From Chiloscyllium plagiosum (taxonomy: Eukaryota), in the NCBI RefSeq assembly GCF_004010195.1, contig NC_057718.1, forward strand, positions 81,291,912 to 81,355,911: DNA of 64,000 bases. Reading direction: 5' to 3'. This document shows positions 1 through 13,660 of the stretch, piece by piece. Within the stretch, counting starts at the first letter, position 1; the number at the start of each line of letters is the position of its first letter. The notes below the pieces were generated by a model, which had not been told where the DNA came from, did not search any database, and saw nothing but the letters and a program-made list of their open reading frames with translations. The translations under genes and the position numbers were made by a program.

Positions 1-303
1 GCAGCGCTTGCTGCCACCCAGAATCGATTCCAGTCTTGGGCAACTGTCTGTGTGGAGTTCACACATTCTCCCTGCATCAGCTTGTGTTTCCTCCAAGTAC
101 TCTTGTTTCCTCTCCCATCTAAAGATGTGCATTTTAGATGGAGTGGCCATGCTAATTCACCCATAGTGTCCAGGGATGTGCAGGCTAGATGGATTAGCTA
201 TGGGAAATGCAGGGTTACAGGGATAGGGGGTGATCTGGGTAGGATGCTCTTTGGAGGGATGGTGTGCACTCGATGGGCTGAATGACCTGCCTCTGCACTG
301 TGT
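1..303 (+). mobile_element. HE1-like tRNA-derived SINE (V-SINE core, CR1-like tail), 5' partial
   Basis: tgtgtggagttcacacattctccc...tcccatctaaagatgtgc core followed by a CR1-type tail; several paralogs in this window. Confidence 0.8.
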
Positions 304-349
304 GGATTTGATCATTCTGTCTTCCTGGAACCAAACAACATCCTTCTCA

Positions 350-1700
350 CTGTCAAGAGGAGGCCATTCAGCCCACTGAGTCTGCTCCATCACTCAATGA
401 GATTATGGTTGATTTGATAATCCTCAACTCCACTTTGTTCCCTTTTCTCGAGAGCTTTTGATGCTCTTACTGATTGAAAAATCTATGTTATCTCAGCCCT
501 GAATGTAGTTATTGATGCAGCCTCAACATTGTATCAGTGGCAAAGAATTCACCACTTGTCACAATCTTCGAGAAGAATTCCTGTTCATTTCTGTCTTAAA
601 TGTACAACCCTATATTCTGAGATTATACCCTCTGGTCTCAGGTTCTTCCCACAAGGGGAAGCAACCTTCCTGCATCTCCTTTATCAATCCTCTCAGAATT
701 CTGTTTCAATAAGATCACCTTCCTTTCTTCTAAACTTCACGAGTACAATACCAACCTATTCAATCTCACCTCATAAGGCAGTTCTGCCATTCCTTGCATC
801 AGTGAACTGACCCTTCTCTGGATTCCTCCAATACCGGTGTATCTTTCCTGAAATAAGGGGTCTAAAGTATTCCGACTGTGGTCTGACTAAAACCTCGCAA
901 CTTTCACACTTTGAAATAATGGCTGACGTTTCATTTGCCTACACTATTACCTACAGATTGCTTTTTGTGATTCATGCATAAGGATTCCCAAGTCCCTCTG
1001 TTCTGTAGCTTTCTGTAGTCTTTCGCCATTTAAATAACATTTCGCTCTTCTGTTCTCGTGTTTTCCGCAAGTTGGATTCCATTTGTCAAGTTTTTGCCCA
1101 CTCATTTAACCTATCTATATCCCTCTCCACATTCTGTGACATCCTCATCACTTGCCTTCCAAACTATTTTTGTATCATCTGTAAATTTGGCCATATTTTG
1201 CTCACTTTCCTCATCCAAGTCATTAATATATATTCTGCATAATATGTATTGTGCATTCAACACTGTGGTACTCTGCTGACTATAGATTGTCATCTTGAAA
1301 ATGTCCCTTATCCCAAATCTGTTTTCTATTAGTTAGCCATGCTAATGTACTATTTCGAACACCATGGGCTTCAAATTCCTTGTGAAAATCCAAATGTTCC
1401 CTTCATTTATCCTGCTTGTTACCTTCTCTAAAAATTCTAGTAAATTTGTCGGGCATGATTTTCACATCAAGAAGCCATGCTGACTCTGCTTGATCATATT
1501 AAATATTTCTAAATGCTCATCCTTTATAATAAACTCCAACATTTTCCCAATAACATATGTTAAGCTAACTGGCCCATAGTTAACTCTCTCTTTTTTGTTT
1601 TTTTTAAACAAAGGTATTACATTGGCAATTTGCCAACCCTTTTTCCAGAATCGGAGGATTACTGGAAGATTACTACTAACAATAGAAGTTGCATATCTGC
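350..1700 (-). mobile_element. Decayed CR1 LINE, RT and 3' end
   Basis: Minus-strand peptide IYINDLDEESEQNMAKFTDDTK (YINDL..FADD RT motif); many stops. Confidence 0.85.
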
Positions 1701-3034
1701 GTCAATTCTATTTGTTTCTACATGAATGCCGAAGGACATAATAGGCTGAAAAAGGCATTGAACCAACTGAAACATAGCTGTCACTTGTTTGCATGCAGTG
1801 GAATGATTGCCTTTTTTTTGAAGTTAAATTTTGCCAAATTTTTCTTAAATATCACACTGCTGTCACAAACAGAACAATGAGACAATTATATCAACAATGA
1901 TTGTGAACAGTACTATAAGTACAGTAATTGTAAAAAGTATTATAAGTATTGTTTTTGTTTTGCCGGCTGCTCATTTTTGATGTCTGTTCGTAAACAAGTA
2001 CATTTACCTCTCTTAGTCAGTTATGATAACTATTTCACTATTTTTGGTTTTGTACAAGGCTTTTCAGCCATAAAGTCAATATCACAAGAGGTCAGCATGT
2101 AGGTATTTAAGGCAAATGGAATGTTAAAATGGAGTATAAAAGTAAGGAAACCTTGCTATACTGTACAGGGCATTGGTGAGATCATAGCCAGAAAACTACG
2201 TACAGTTTTGGTCATTTTGCTTGAAGCTGGACATATTTTCACTGGAGATAGTTGAGAGAAGACTCATCAGGCAGATTAATGGGGTGCAGGGTTTTTGTTT
2301 CTCCTTTTCTTTGCAGGATGTGGAGTTGCTTGCAAGGCCAGTATTTATGGTCCACCTATAGCTGCACTATAGAATGTGATAGTTGTTGTATGTTGTAGCA
2401 CCAGCAACTGTGATTTCTGGTTGTAGCCGAGTCCTGTCGCTAAACCCTCCCTCTATGCTGAGTTTAAGGACTTATTTGTTAGTCGAGGATAAAGTGTTAT
2501 TGAATCTTAATTAGAAGAGATGCTTGTCTTGCATATTTGGTTGTATTATAGCAATTGTACAAATTACATTGACTAGCTAGACATAATTAAAAATCCTACT
2601 AGGATCCAGAGATGATACATCTGTCCCGATCAGGATCTCATTCTAAGGACTGTTCCTTCTCCCCCCAAAAATTGTAAGATACAATCAGCTTGGGCAGAAC
2701 TTGATTCAGCTTCAGCATTAACTCTTTAACCATTGTCTTTTACTACAGTTGAACTGCTGCAATTTTTTTATTATAGGTATGCTGCTGTACTATTAAAAAA
2801 GAATTTCAAAGTTATGTTGTGAGCAGTTTGGACTGACAAACATTGAAGTTTAGAAGAATGAGAAATGATCTCATGGAAGCAAAGCAGGTTTTTGAGCAGA
2901 TTTGACAGAATCGATGTTTCCCATCTGGGTTATAGGCAGGAAAGTGACTACATCAGATCAGCCATTATCCTATTGACTGGCAAAGTATTTCAGGTCCAAA
3001 TAGCTTACTCCTGCTATATCTTAAGTTGTAGTCA

Positions 3035-4130
3035 ATTTGCCGAGAGGTGCAAGGGAGGAGCGAAGGACTTCTGGGAAGGTGAGTCTAACTATTTAAAAAC
3101 CTTACTTCAGGCGTCGGGGCCTCCATTTGCCAAGAGGTGCGAGGGAGGAGTGAAGGACTTTTGGGAAGTCATTATATTTATGTGGTTGCGTTACCGAAAC
3201 ACTACTTGGGTAGTATCTCCTCTAACCAAAAAAAAAGGTTCTGTGCACCAGATTGGTAAGGTAATGAGTTTATTTTTTATTCCTTATTTTTCAACAGTCT
3301 CTTTGGGAATTTAGAATAGTGGGAATGGAGGTTAGGGCAGTTGAATATTCCTCCTGCAGAATGTGGGAGGTAAGGGTCACCACTAGTGTACCTGCTGACT
3401 AAACCTGCGGGAAGTGCACCCAACTCCTGCTCCTCAAAAACCGCGTTAGGGAAATGGAGCTAGAGCTGGAACTTCGGATAATTCGGGAGGCAGAGGGGGT
3501 TATTGAGAGGAGTTACAGGGAGGACGTCACTCCTAGGGTACAAGAAAAAGGCAGATGGCTTACAGTCAGGGGGCGGAAATGGAACCGGCAGGCACTGCAG
3601 GGATCCCCTGTGGCCATTCCCCTCAACAATAAATATACCATTTTGGATACTGTTGGGGGGGACAACTTACCAGGGGAAAGCAGTGGGGCATAGGGCTCTG
3701 GCACAGAGACTGTGCCTGCTGCTCAGAAGGGAAGGGGGAAGAGGAGCAGAGCAGTAGTCATTGGGGACTCCATAATTAGGGGGACAGATAGGAGGTTCTG
3801 TGGGGATGAGAGAGACTCACGGTTGGTGTGTTGCCTCCCAGGTGCCAGGGTTCATGATGCCTCTGATCGTGTTTTTGGGATCCTTAAGGGGGAGGGGGAG
3901 CACCTCCAAGTCGTGGTCCACATAGACACCAACGACATAGGGAGGAAGAGAGATGGGGATTTAAGGCAGAAATTCAGGGAACTAGGACGAACAGAGTTGT
4001 TATCTCTGGTTTGTTGCCTGTGCCACGTGCTAGTGAGGTGAGGAATAGGGAGAGAGAGGAGTTGAACACGTGGCTACAGGGATGGTGCAGGAGGGAGGGT
4101 TTTGGATAATTGGGGCTCTTTCTGGGGTTG
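3035..4130 (+). mobile_element. CR1 LINE 5' end: 5'UTR repeats and ORF1 (zinc finger and SGNH esterase-like domain), disrupted
   Basis: ATG at 3325 reads MEVRAVEYSSCRMWE...TCGKC, then VVIGDSIIRG...CCLPGARV...VVHIDTNDIG. A 44-nt unit is repeated at 3035 and 3125. Confidence 0.85.
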
Positions 4131-5990
4131 TGGATCCAACATGGACCACTACAGAACTCCACTGGTCACCAGATACTGGACTGAATAAGTCCCCTTTATC
4201 CTTACTCTCTGCCTTCTGCCAGTCAGCAATTCTCCATTCATGCAAGTACTTTGACCCTGGCTCTTGATAAGAACCATTGGTCTTATTTTATTTATGTGGC
4301 ATCTTGTCAAAGGCCTTCTGGAAATTTGAATAGATCACGATCACTGGCTGTCCTTTGTCTAACTTGCCCATTCCCTCATCAAAGAATTCCAACAAATTTT
4401 TCAAACATGACCTTTCCTTGACAGAACAGTGTTGACTCAGCCCTATTTTACCATGCACTTCCACTTAATCCACAAACTCATTGTTAACAATGGATTCTAA
4501 AATCTTGCCAATTACCGAGGTCAGACTAACAGGCCTATAAATTATTGTCTTCTGTCTCCCTCCCTTCTTAATCAGGGGTGTTACATCAGCCATTCTTCAG
4601 TCCTCTGGGGCCCTCCCTGACTCCAGTGTTGCCTGAAAGGTCAGCACAATTACCTTCACCTTCAATCTCTTCAGCTATCTCCTTCAGATGTCTGAGGTGT
4701 GGTCCATATGGACTATCCAAGAGTTTCCCCAGCACCTTCTCCTAAGTGACAGCAATTATGCTCACTTCTGCCTCCTGACTCTCTCAAAGTTCTGGTGTGC
4801 TGCTGGTGTCTTCCATTGAAAATTAATGTAAAGTGTCTCTTGAGTTCCAATGCTATTTTTTGTTCCCCATTATACTTCTCCAGCTTCATTTTCTGGTGAT
4901 CCAAAGTTCACTTTTGTCTCTTTTGTATGACCATTTTAAAAAAAAAGCTTCCAGTCTCCTTTTATATCACGAGCTGGTTTGCTCTCAGATTTTATCATGT
5001 TGTCCCTTTTTTTTTTTAAGTTATCCTCTGCTGTTTTTTAAAGGCTTCCCAATCCTCTGTCTTCTCACAGATCTTCATCATATTGTATGTTTTTCCTTTT
5101 GCTTTTATGCTGTCCCTGACTTCCATCATCAGCTATGGTTGCCTTGTCCTCCCCTTAGTATGTTTCCTTTTCCTTAGGATGAATTTCTGCTTTGTGTCCT
5201 GAATTACCCCCAGAAACCCTTACCATTGCTGCTCTACCATCTTCCCTGTTAGACTGCCCTTCCAGTCAACTCTGGCCAACTCTTTCCTCATGTCTTTGTA
5301 GTTACTCAATTGTATTACTGTTACATCTGAATCCAACTTCTCCCTCTTAAACTACAGGGTTAATTTTATCATATTATGGTTACTCCCTGAGGCATTCCTT
5401 CACCTTAAGCTCCCTGATCAAGTCTGCCTCATGCAAATCACCAAATCCAGAATTGCCTATTCCCCAGTGGGCTCTACAACAAGCTGCTCCAAAAAAGATT
5501 TCACAGATGTTCCTCAGATTCCTTTTCTTGAGATCTGCTACCAAACTAATTTTCTTAATACACCTGCATATTGAAGTGCCCCATCATTATTGTAATGGAG
5601 CCTTTCTTACATCCTGTCTTTTCTATCTTCTGATTTATTTTAATCCCCACATTCTGACTACTGCTAAGATGCTGATACATAACTTCCATCAGGGTCTTTT
5701 CTCCTTTCTCCTCAACTCTACCTACATAGATTCTATGTTGGCCAGCTCTGTATCACTTCTTGCTATCAATTTAATTTAATTCTTTACTTATAAGGCAATC
5801 CTTATCTCTCTGCTTTTCTATGTGCCCTCTTGATAAGATGTATATCCTTGGATATTTAATCCTGAGCTTTGATCTTGCCGCCATGTCTTTGTGATACCCA
5901 CAACATCTTACCTGCAAATTTCAATCTATGCTATATTCTCATTTATCTTGTCTTGTGTACTGCTTGCATTAAGTACAACAGCTTCATCCA
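4130..5990 (-). mobile_element. Decayed CR1 LINE ORF2 (endonuclease to RT)
   Basis: Minus-strand CR1 ORF2 motifs (NYRPVSLTS, FQKAFDK, WSPVSG-like) with stops and frameshifts. Confidence 0.8.
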
Positions 5991-6639
5991 GTGTTAACTG
6001 TCTCCTCCTAACTATTCCCTTATGTGCTGTGCCTGAAGTTAGATGCACTTCTCGACATCACTTTGGAGCTCATCAACATCTTATACTACAATGTTGCTGC
6101 TAGGCCACTTTGTCCAGAGCCACACACTTGTTTTGTGCATCAGAACCGAATACATTTTAGGACTCTTAGCTTGTTTTCTTAAGCTCATTAATTTCACACT
6201 TGGGCACTCGCAATACCTCTGCCTTGCCTTTTCATGCAGAAAGCAAATCAGGCAGCTTGAAATACTTGCCAGCACTTAGCAGCCAAAAGGTAGACATATT
6301 AGTGTACAGTACTGTGCTACACATCTAAAGATATCGCAACAGTTTATGGTGGCATGACCATTGCATATGCTTCAATGATATAGCCATTTCTAAAATTCTA
6401 AGAGTACAGTTGTTAATCCAATGAAGAGTCAATCAGGCTAACAGGTCTGGCTTTGTTCAGGAAAGATGGTGAGCTGTCCAGAATGAGTGAGTAGGAAAGG
6501 CAGAGAGTATAAAGGATTAGTAGTTTGGGGGATGAATGATTGGATAACAACAGTTGAAGGAAATGAGGGGTAGACCATGAGCCTTAGTTGGAGGTGGATG
6601 TAGCAGCAGCATTAAAGTGAGGGTAAAGTAGCAGAGAGC

Positions 6640-9060
6640 ATACTTAACCCTTTCTCTGTCTACTCTGTCAAGAATCTGAAGAATCTTTTATATTTCAATA
6701 AGATCACCTCTCATTTTTCTACATTACAGCAAGTACAAGCCCAACTTAATGAATGTTTCCTCATAAGACAACCTTTTCATTCCTAGTATCAGCCTAAGAA
6801 CCTTCTCTGGATTCCTCCAAAGTCATTAAATCTTTCCTTATATAAGGTGCCCAGAATTACTCCTGTTAATCAAGCTGTGACCTTGTGTAATTTGTGTAAT
6901 GCCTACCTACTTTGATACTCAATTCCCTTTGAAATAAAGGTCAGTATTCTATTTGCCTTCCCTATTACTTGTTGAACTTGGATGCCAGCTAATGTGATTC
7001 ATGCAGGAGGACTCCCAACTCCATTTCTTCTGTAGATTTCAACAGTCTTTCTCTATTTAAATAATATTCACATTACCTTCAGTATATTCCTCCATCTCTC
7101 ATTTATATACTCCTACCATCACAGTAATTAGTCTGGTGAACCTTCACTGCACTCCTTTGAAAAGTATGTCCTTTTTTTCATAATGGGACCAAACTACATT
7201 TAATACTCCAGGTATGGTCTCATCAAGGCTCTATATAATTGAGCAAGGCATCTTTACTTATACTAAAATCCTCTGTGGTAAAGGTCAACATGTAATTTGT
7301 CTTTCTAATTGCTTTCTGCACCTGCATATTAGTTTTCAGAGAACATTGATACTCAGGGACCTTGGACTGCAGTATTTCCCACTCTCTTGTTATTTAAGAA
7401 GTACTCTGCACCTCTGTTCTTTCTATCAAAATGGATCACCTCCTAATTTATATCCATGTACAATTTATTGCCTCTACTATACGCTTTCCCACTGTCAACC
7501 TGTCCAAATCTCCTTAAAGACTTTATGCATTATCCTTGCAAAACACATTCCCACATACTTTTAATTTATTCAAAGGATGGAATATGGGCCAGCATTTATT
7601 GCCCATCCCCTCTTGCTAGCTAGCTTGCCAGACCATTTCAGAATTAAGAGAGTAGTTAAGAGTCATCCACATTTCTATGGATCTAGAGTCAAATGTAGGC
7701 CACAAGAAAGGATGGCAGTTTGCTTCCTTAAGAAACAAGATGGGTTTTTACAACAAACAACAATGGTTAGACTTTGGTTTCAGATTTTAATTTTCATTGT
7801 ACTCAATCTGCTGGTGGGATTTGAACCAAGGTGCCCAGTACCTTGCTTGGATCTCTGGATTACATGTCTAGCAACAATAACTCTAGTTCATCACCTATTG
7901 ATAGGAAATTAGTTATGCATAGCTTGAGGCTAACCATTCCACAAGCAATGGTGCACCATTGCTTCCTTCTGCACCACATGCTCGTCTTCTATCCAACTGA
8001 GCAACTGACTCCCCTTCCAAATAGGTTTTGGAAATGCGATCTTGCTCTCCAAAGCCAAATCATTGATATTGATTGTGAGCAACTGGGGCATAGGCCCTGT
8101 TTCTCATGGTTCCCCACTAGTTATAGCCTGTCAACTTGAGAATGTTTTGTTTTTTTCGACTCTGTTTTTTTTCTATTAAGTGCTCCTCAGTCTATGCCTA
8201 CATTGCAACTTATCCACTGTGCTCTAATTTTTATTTAGAGTCACAGAGATGTACAGAAAGGAAACAGACCCTTCAGTCCAACTCGTCCATGCCAACCAGA
8301 TATCCTAACCTAATCTAATCCCATTTGCCAGCATTTGGCCCATATCCCTCTAAACACTTCCTATTCATATACCCACCCCAGATACCTTTTAAATGCTGTA
8401 ATGTACCAGCATCCACCACATCCTCTAGGAGCTCATTCCATACACAAACCACTCTCTGCGTGAAAACGTTGCCCCTTAAGTCCCTTTAAAAGTCTCCCCT
8501 TCTCACTCTAAACATATTCTTGATGATTGGCATTTGCCAAAAACATCAATTCTCCTGCTCCTCAGATGCTGCCCTGACCTGCTGTGCTTTTCCAGCACCA
8601 CACTCTCGACTCTAATCATCAGCATTTGCAGTCCTCACTTTCACCTAAACATATTAGGTAAATACTCAGGGAAAAGACCTTGGATATTTATCTTATCCAT
8701 GCCCCTCAGGATTTTGTAAACCACATACTTGTGTGAAACCTGATTGAAAGCATTCTAAAAATCCAAATATATTGCATTCACTGTTTTCCCCCTTGTCTGT
8801 TCTGCAGGTTACATCTTACAAAAAACGTTTTGTCAAACATGATTTCGCCCTTTCATAACTCCATACTGACTATTCTATCAGCTTATTTTCTAGTTTCAAA
8901 TTTATCATGTCCCTTTTCCTACTGTTGATGTCAGACTAACAAGTCTGTAGTTCTCCGCTTACTCCTTCTTTCTTTTCTTAAGTATTGAGATTACATCCGC
9001 AATTTTCGATATGCAGGTACAGTTCCAGAAACCGTGGAATTTTGAATGATGATTATGAAT
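6640..9060 (-). mobile_element. Cluster of decayed CR1/LINE fragments, including a younger CR1 3' end at about 8235-8720
   Basis: Typical reverse-strand CR1 3' sequence (acagacccttcagtccaactcgtccatgcc...); older RT fragments on both sides. Confidence 0.75.
8519..8644 (+). mobile_element. Short Penelope-derived terminal-repeat element with a degenerate hammerhead core, inserted in a CR1
   Basis: Same family as 28976-29105; 11-bp TSD ctaaacatatt at 8508-8518 and 8645-8655. Confidence 0.75.
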
Positions 9061-10899
9061 ACTTATTCAATCATAAACACCCAAGTAATACCATAACACG
9101 ATATTGGCAAAGTAGTAGTCTCTCAGGAAATTGTTCTACATGATGTAAAGAATTAAAGTGTGTTGAGAATTGGACTACATAGTTCCATATAATAAGCAAT
9201 GAACAGAGCAAGCAAGCACATCAACTAATTTGCTGTATTTATTATGTTGATACCAAATGTGATCTATCAAATAATTTTGCAGTTGTATAGCGTTGTCATT
9301 ATTTCAACATACTTTCAGGCAATTGTCAATATAACTGCTAAGGTTATAGTTGTATAAAGATTACTATTACAGCTGCAGGCAGAAAAATACAATGTAGAGA
9401 TGCAGATTATGAAATTACTAATTCAAAGTTGGTTGAATCCTTATGAAATAATGGCCATGTGCTTGTTTACTCAGGTTCGCATTAAACAAGTCATTCTCTG
9501 ACTCTGACTTTTTACAGTTGCACAAAATAATTGCCCTTCTGTCGAGGCAGCAATCTTCTCAATGAAAATTAAGTTTACTTGTAGGTACAGGAATAACATT
9601 TTGTGCATATTTATGTCCTATTCGAACGAACTCTGCGTTTTTGTTATTTTTATTTTATATAATTATCAATTTTGGCTTGGAGCTGTGCACTGAATAGTGA
9701 GTTGCAAATGACCTTTGGACCGTGGACTCAGCTTGTGTCAAAGAAAAAGGAAGAGAAAACATTTATTTGTTTATTTGTGAGACCAGGTCAGGAAGTTAAT
9801 TGCAGGTTGGTTCTTGATCAAAAGGTTCTATAGACACATCAACACTGACACAGGACTGTATATTAAAACAGATGTTAAAACTTTAACCAAAAGCAACATC
9901 AGTACCTGGGACTTGATTCTGGCAAGTCTGGAGAGACCTTACACTGAAGCAGATTGAAGGTGTTAACTGGTAACTTGGATCTCACGGACAGACAATCAGT
10001 CCGACAGGGACAGGCCAAGTTTGAACTGGATTTTGAACAATGTTCGCTTTGAGTAATTTGGCTTTTGATGCTATATGTGAAGATTTGAAAGCTCCCTCCT
10101 AATTAGCTATTGGAAGATCAGAGAATTGAAATTCAGTTGTAAATAGCACTGACTTCCTCTGAGTAACCTGATGGACATCTTCAGAAAATCAACCAAGAAA
10201 CAATCGTCTATGCCTGTTGATAGTGTACCACTTGAGTCATCTGGCCAGTTTTGTTATTTTCTTTGGGTTTACGACTTAACTGGATTTATTTGTCTACTTC
10301 TGTGTGAAATGAGGCTAAAAACAATAGTTATTGGATTTATATCATAGACATCAATGATATTACTTTGTTCAATTTTGCTCAGCTGAATTTACTTTTTTGT
10401 TAATAAATTCCTGAATCTTTTGTTTAAGTTACATTTCTGGTGTCAGGAATTGATTATTTGCAGAGTCAGGGATTAGTTAGTCATGGTTAGGAATCATTAG
10501 GATAAATTTTGAGGGTCTTTGTAAGGTTATAATTTTACTGTGTTGTGAATACAGAAGTAAGAAGGCTGATTTTATTTAGCAGGCTGTCTGTATGTCGTAT
10601 CAGGTAAAAAATTTGCTTCGAAAAAATTAATTCTATTTGGTATTGATATCATCTTTTAATTCGACCATAAATAAGATGGCCTGAAAGTGTGCTTTAATTT
10701 CCAACTGTCATGTTTCCTGTTTCCTTGTTTCTGGTAGTTTCTGAAATTAACAACTTGCATTGAATTATATGACGTTGTGCTTGGACTTCTGCCCAATTGA
10801 AACTGAACTGTACTGGACACTTAGAACTCTTGGAGTAGCTTTATGGCTTAGGCAGTAATTTAAAATATTTTATTCATAGAATTTATAGAGTTTATTCAA

Positions 10900-11040
10900 A
10901 GAATCATAGAATCCCTATAGTACGGGAAGAGGCAATTCGGCCCATTAAGTCTGCACTGACCCTTTGAAGAGCATCACAACCAAACCCAGCCCCACCCTAT
11001 TCCTGTAACCCCATTACTATGGCTAATCCAACTAATGGAA
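10900..11040 (-). mobile_element. HE1-like SINE 3' fragment
   Basis: atcatagaatccctatagt...gtctgcactgaccctttgaagagcatc, the reverse complement of the SINE tail. Confidence 0.7.
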
Positions 11041-11194
11041 ACTCATTTTGCATAATTCCTATTTTTTCAAACGCTCCAATAAAGTCACCGGTAATAAAAA
11101 TTGGGAAAGCTGTACAGCAGACTGCCCAATTTGCTCTCAACCATTTTACAGTATGGAGCATAAAAATCCAGCAGTAAACAAAGCTGTCATTTAG

Positions 11195-12130
11195 ATAAGT
11201 AGTGGCTGGAAGAACACAGCATGCCAGGCAGCATTAGGAGGTGGAGAAGTTAACGTTTCTGATATAACCCTTCAGAACTCCATGTAGGGGTAGGGCGCTC
11301 TACAGATAAAGAGATGGGGAGGGAGGTGGTGTTGGGTTGGGTTTGAAAGAGCAGCAGAATGGTAAGATGGTGATAAGTGAGCACAGGTCGTGGGTATGAT
11401 CTGGTTGGTCGATGGGAGGGATGAATCCATTTGGTAGCTGGAAGGAAGGGTCGGTAGGTGGAATGGGAGGGAGGAGGCGGGGCTGGAAAGGGAGCAGGGG
11501 GATAGGTGGGAGAGTTATTTGAAATTGGAGAATTCAGTGTTAAGTCTTCCAGTCTCTAGGCTGCCCAGGTGGAAGATGAGGTATTGGTCCTTCAATTTGT
11601 GGTCTGATTCATTGTGGCAATGGAGGAGGCTGGGTTGACATGTCGGAAGGGTAGTGGGAAGGGGAATTGAAGTGGGCGCTGACCAGGAGGTCAGACTGGC
11701 CATTTTGAGCCCGGCAAAGATACTCGGCGAGACAGTCACCTCGTCTCTATTTGGTCTCCCCAGTGTAGACAAGACCACGTCAAGAAGGTGGGATGCAGTA
11801 CACTAGGTTGGAGGAGATGCAGATGAATCTCTGTCTCACCTGGAAGGTCTGTTTAGGACCTTGGATGGAGATGAGGGAAGTGATGTATGGGCAAGTGTTG
11901 CATCTTTTTCGCTACAGGGAAGGTACCAGGAGGGTTGGTGGGGAGTGTGGCACAAACCAGGGAGTGGCAAAGGAAATGGTTCCTGCTGAAGGCAGAGAGG
12001 ACTGGGGAGGGGAAGATGTTCTGGCTGGTGGGGCTTGATTAGAGTTGGTGGAAGTATTTGAGGATGATACATAGGACGCAAAGGCTGGTAGCATGGATAG
12101 TGAGGACAAGGGGGACTCTATTATGTTTGC
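11195..12130 (-). mobile_element. Penelope-like element 3' part (GIY-YIG endonuclease remnant and terminal repeat)
   Basis: Minus-strand peptide LLHCHNESDHKLKDQYLIFHLGSLETGRLNTEFSNFK resembles a PLE GIY-YIG C-terminus; terminal repeat related to the 28873-29105 family. Confidence 0.75.
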
Positions 12131-12479
12131 ACTCATAGATTTAATTTAGACTTCAGTTCGCATGTTAGCTTAGTTGGCTGCACAGCTCTTTGCGATGCAG
12201 AGTGATACCAACAGTGTGGATTTAATTACCACACCGCCTCAAGTTATCATGTATGACTTTCCTTCTCAACCTCTCCTCACCTCAGACATGGTGATCTCAA
12301 GTTAAACCACCAGCAGTCATCTCTGTCTAATGAGAAAGCAGCCCTATGGTCTGATAGGACTTTACCTTATTTACCATTTACCTCTGAAATGTATATATAA
12401 TACAAAACCTGAGGAGTCTTATGTTATCTTTAATCGTAAAAGCTTGATTAATATTTTACTAATTTCACATACATTTCTT

Positions 12480-13660
12480 AGTGAGTAGTGAGGATGGCAG
12501 CTGCTGGAGAAGTCAAGAGTGGATAAAGTGTAACGCTGGAAAATGCATAGCAGGTCAGGCAGCATCTGAAGAACAAGAGTGTTTATGTTTCAGGCTTAAC
12601 CCTTCATCAAGACTGGGGAGGCTGAAGGGGGCTGAGTAATAAATGGGGGGTGGGGCTAGGGGAAAGGTAGTTGGGATGGTGATGTGTGAAGGCGGGAGGT
12701 GATTGTGATAGGTTGGTGGAAGTGTGGAGCGGATAGATGGGAAGGAAGATGGACAGGTAGGTCAGTGGAGCCAAGTTGGAGGGTAGGATCTGGATGGGAT
12801 GGGATGGGTGCTGGGTAGATTTGAAAAATTATGAATTCAGTGTTGCGTGGTTGTAGGCTCCCGAGGCGGAAGGTGACGTGTTCATCCTCCAGTTTGCTGG
12901 TGGCCTTGTTCAGGCTATGAATGCCAAGTTCAGGCCGAGAATGTCATGGGGGGAATGGGAGGGGGAGTTGAAATGAATGACTAAGGTAGGTGTGGTTGGT
13001 TGGTGCGTACAGACCAGAGATGTTGGTGCATACAGACCAGAAATGTTCCCTGAACCTTTCCGCGAGTTTGTGCTCCATCTCTCCAATGGAGACTACATTG
13101 AGAGCAATGGATGCAGTAAATGAGGGTATGCAAGTAAATCTCTACTGGATTTGGAATGATCATATGGTGTCTTGGACAGCAGTTGGGGTGGGGATGTGGG
13201 CACAGGTTTTGCACCAGGGGAAGGTGCCAGGTGTGGAGAAATGGTTTGTGGGGAGTATGGACCTAACAAGGGAATCAAGGAAGGAATGGTCCCTATGGAA
13301 TGCAGTTAGGGTTGGGGAGAAAAATAGATATTTGGTGGTGGGGTCTGACTGTAGGTGGCAAAAATAACAGAGGATGATATGCTGGATTTAGAGATTAGTG
13401 GGGTGGAATGTGAGGACTGGGGGATTCTATCCTTGTTGCAGTTGGAGGAATGAGGTTAAAGGGCGGTGTTGCGGGAAATGGAAGAGATTGAGGGCATTGT
13501 TGCTAACAGGGGAGGGGAAATTACAATCCTGGAAGTAGGAGAACATCTGAGATTTCCTGGAGTGGAATCGCTCATCCAGGGAGCAGATACAGCGGAGACA
13601 GAGGAATTGGGAGTAAGGGATTGTGTTTTTACAGAAGTGGGTGGGAGGACATGTAGTTAA
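12480..13660 (-). mobile_element. Second decayed Penelope-like element of a related family
   Basis: Collinear with 11195-12130; IYCIHCSQCSLH(IG) GIY-like motif; degenerate hammerhead ttgatgaagggttaagcctgaaac on the minus strand at about 12587-12610. Confidence 0.75.

Noticed and set aside
11981..12005. gctgaaggcagagaggac as the start of the next QKI exon (AEG...)
   Set aside because: Lies upstream of the KH exon inside a Penelope remnant, and the match does not extend
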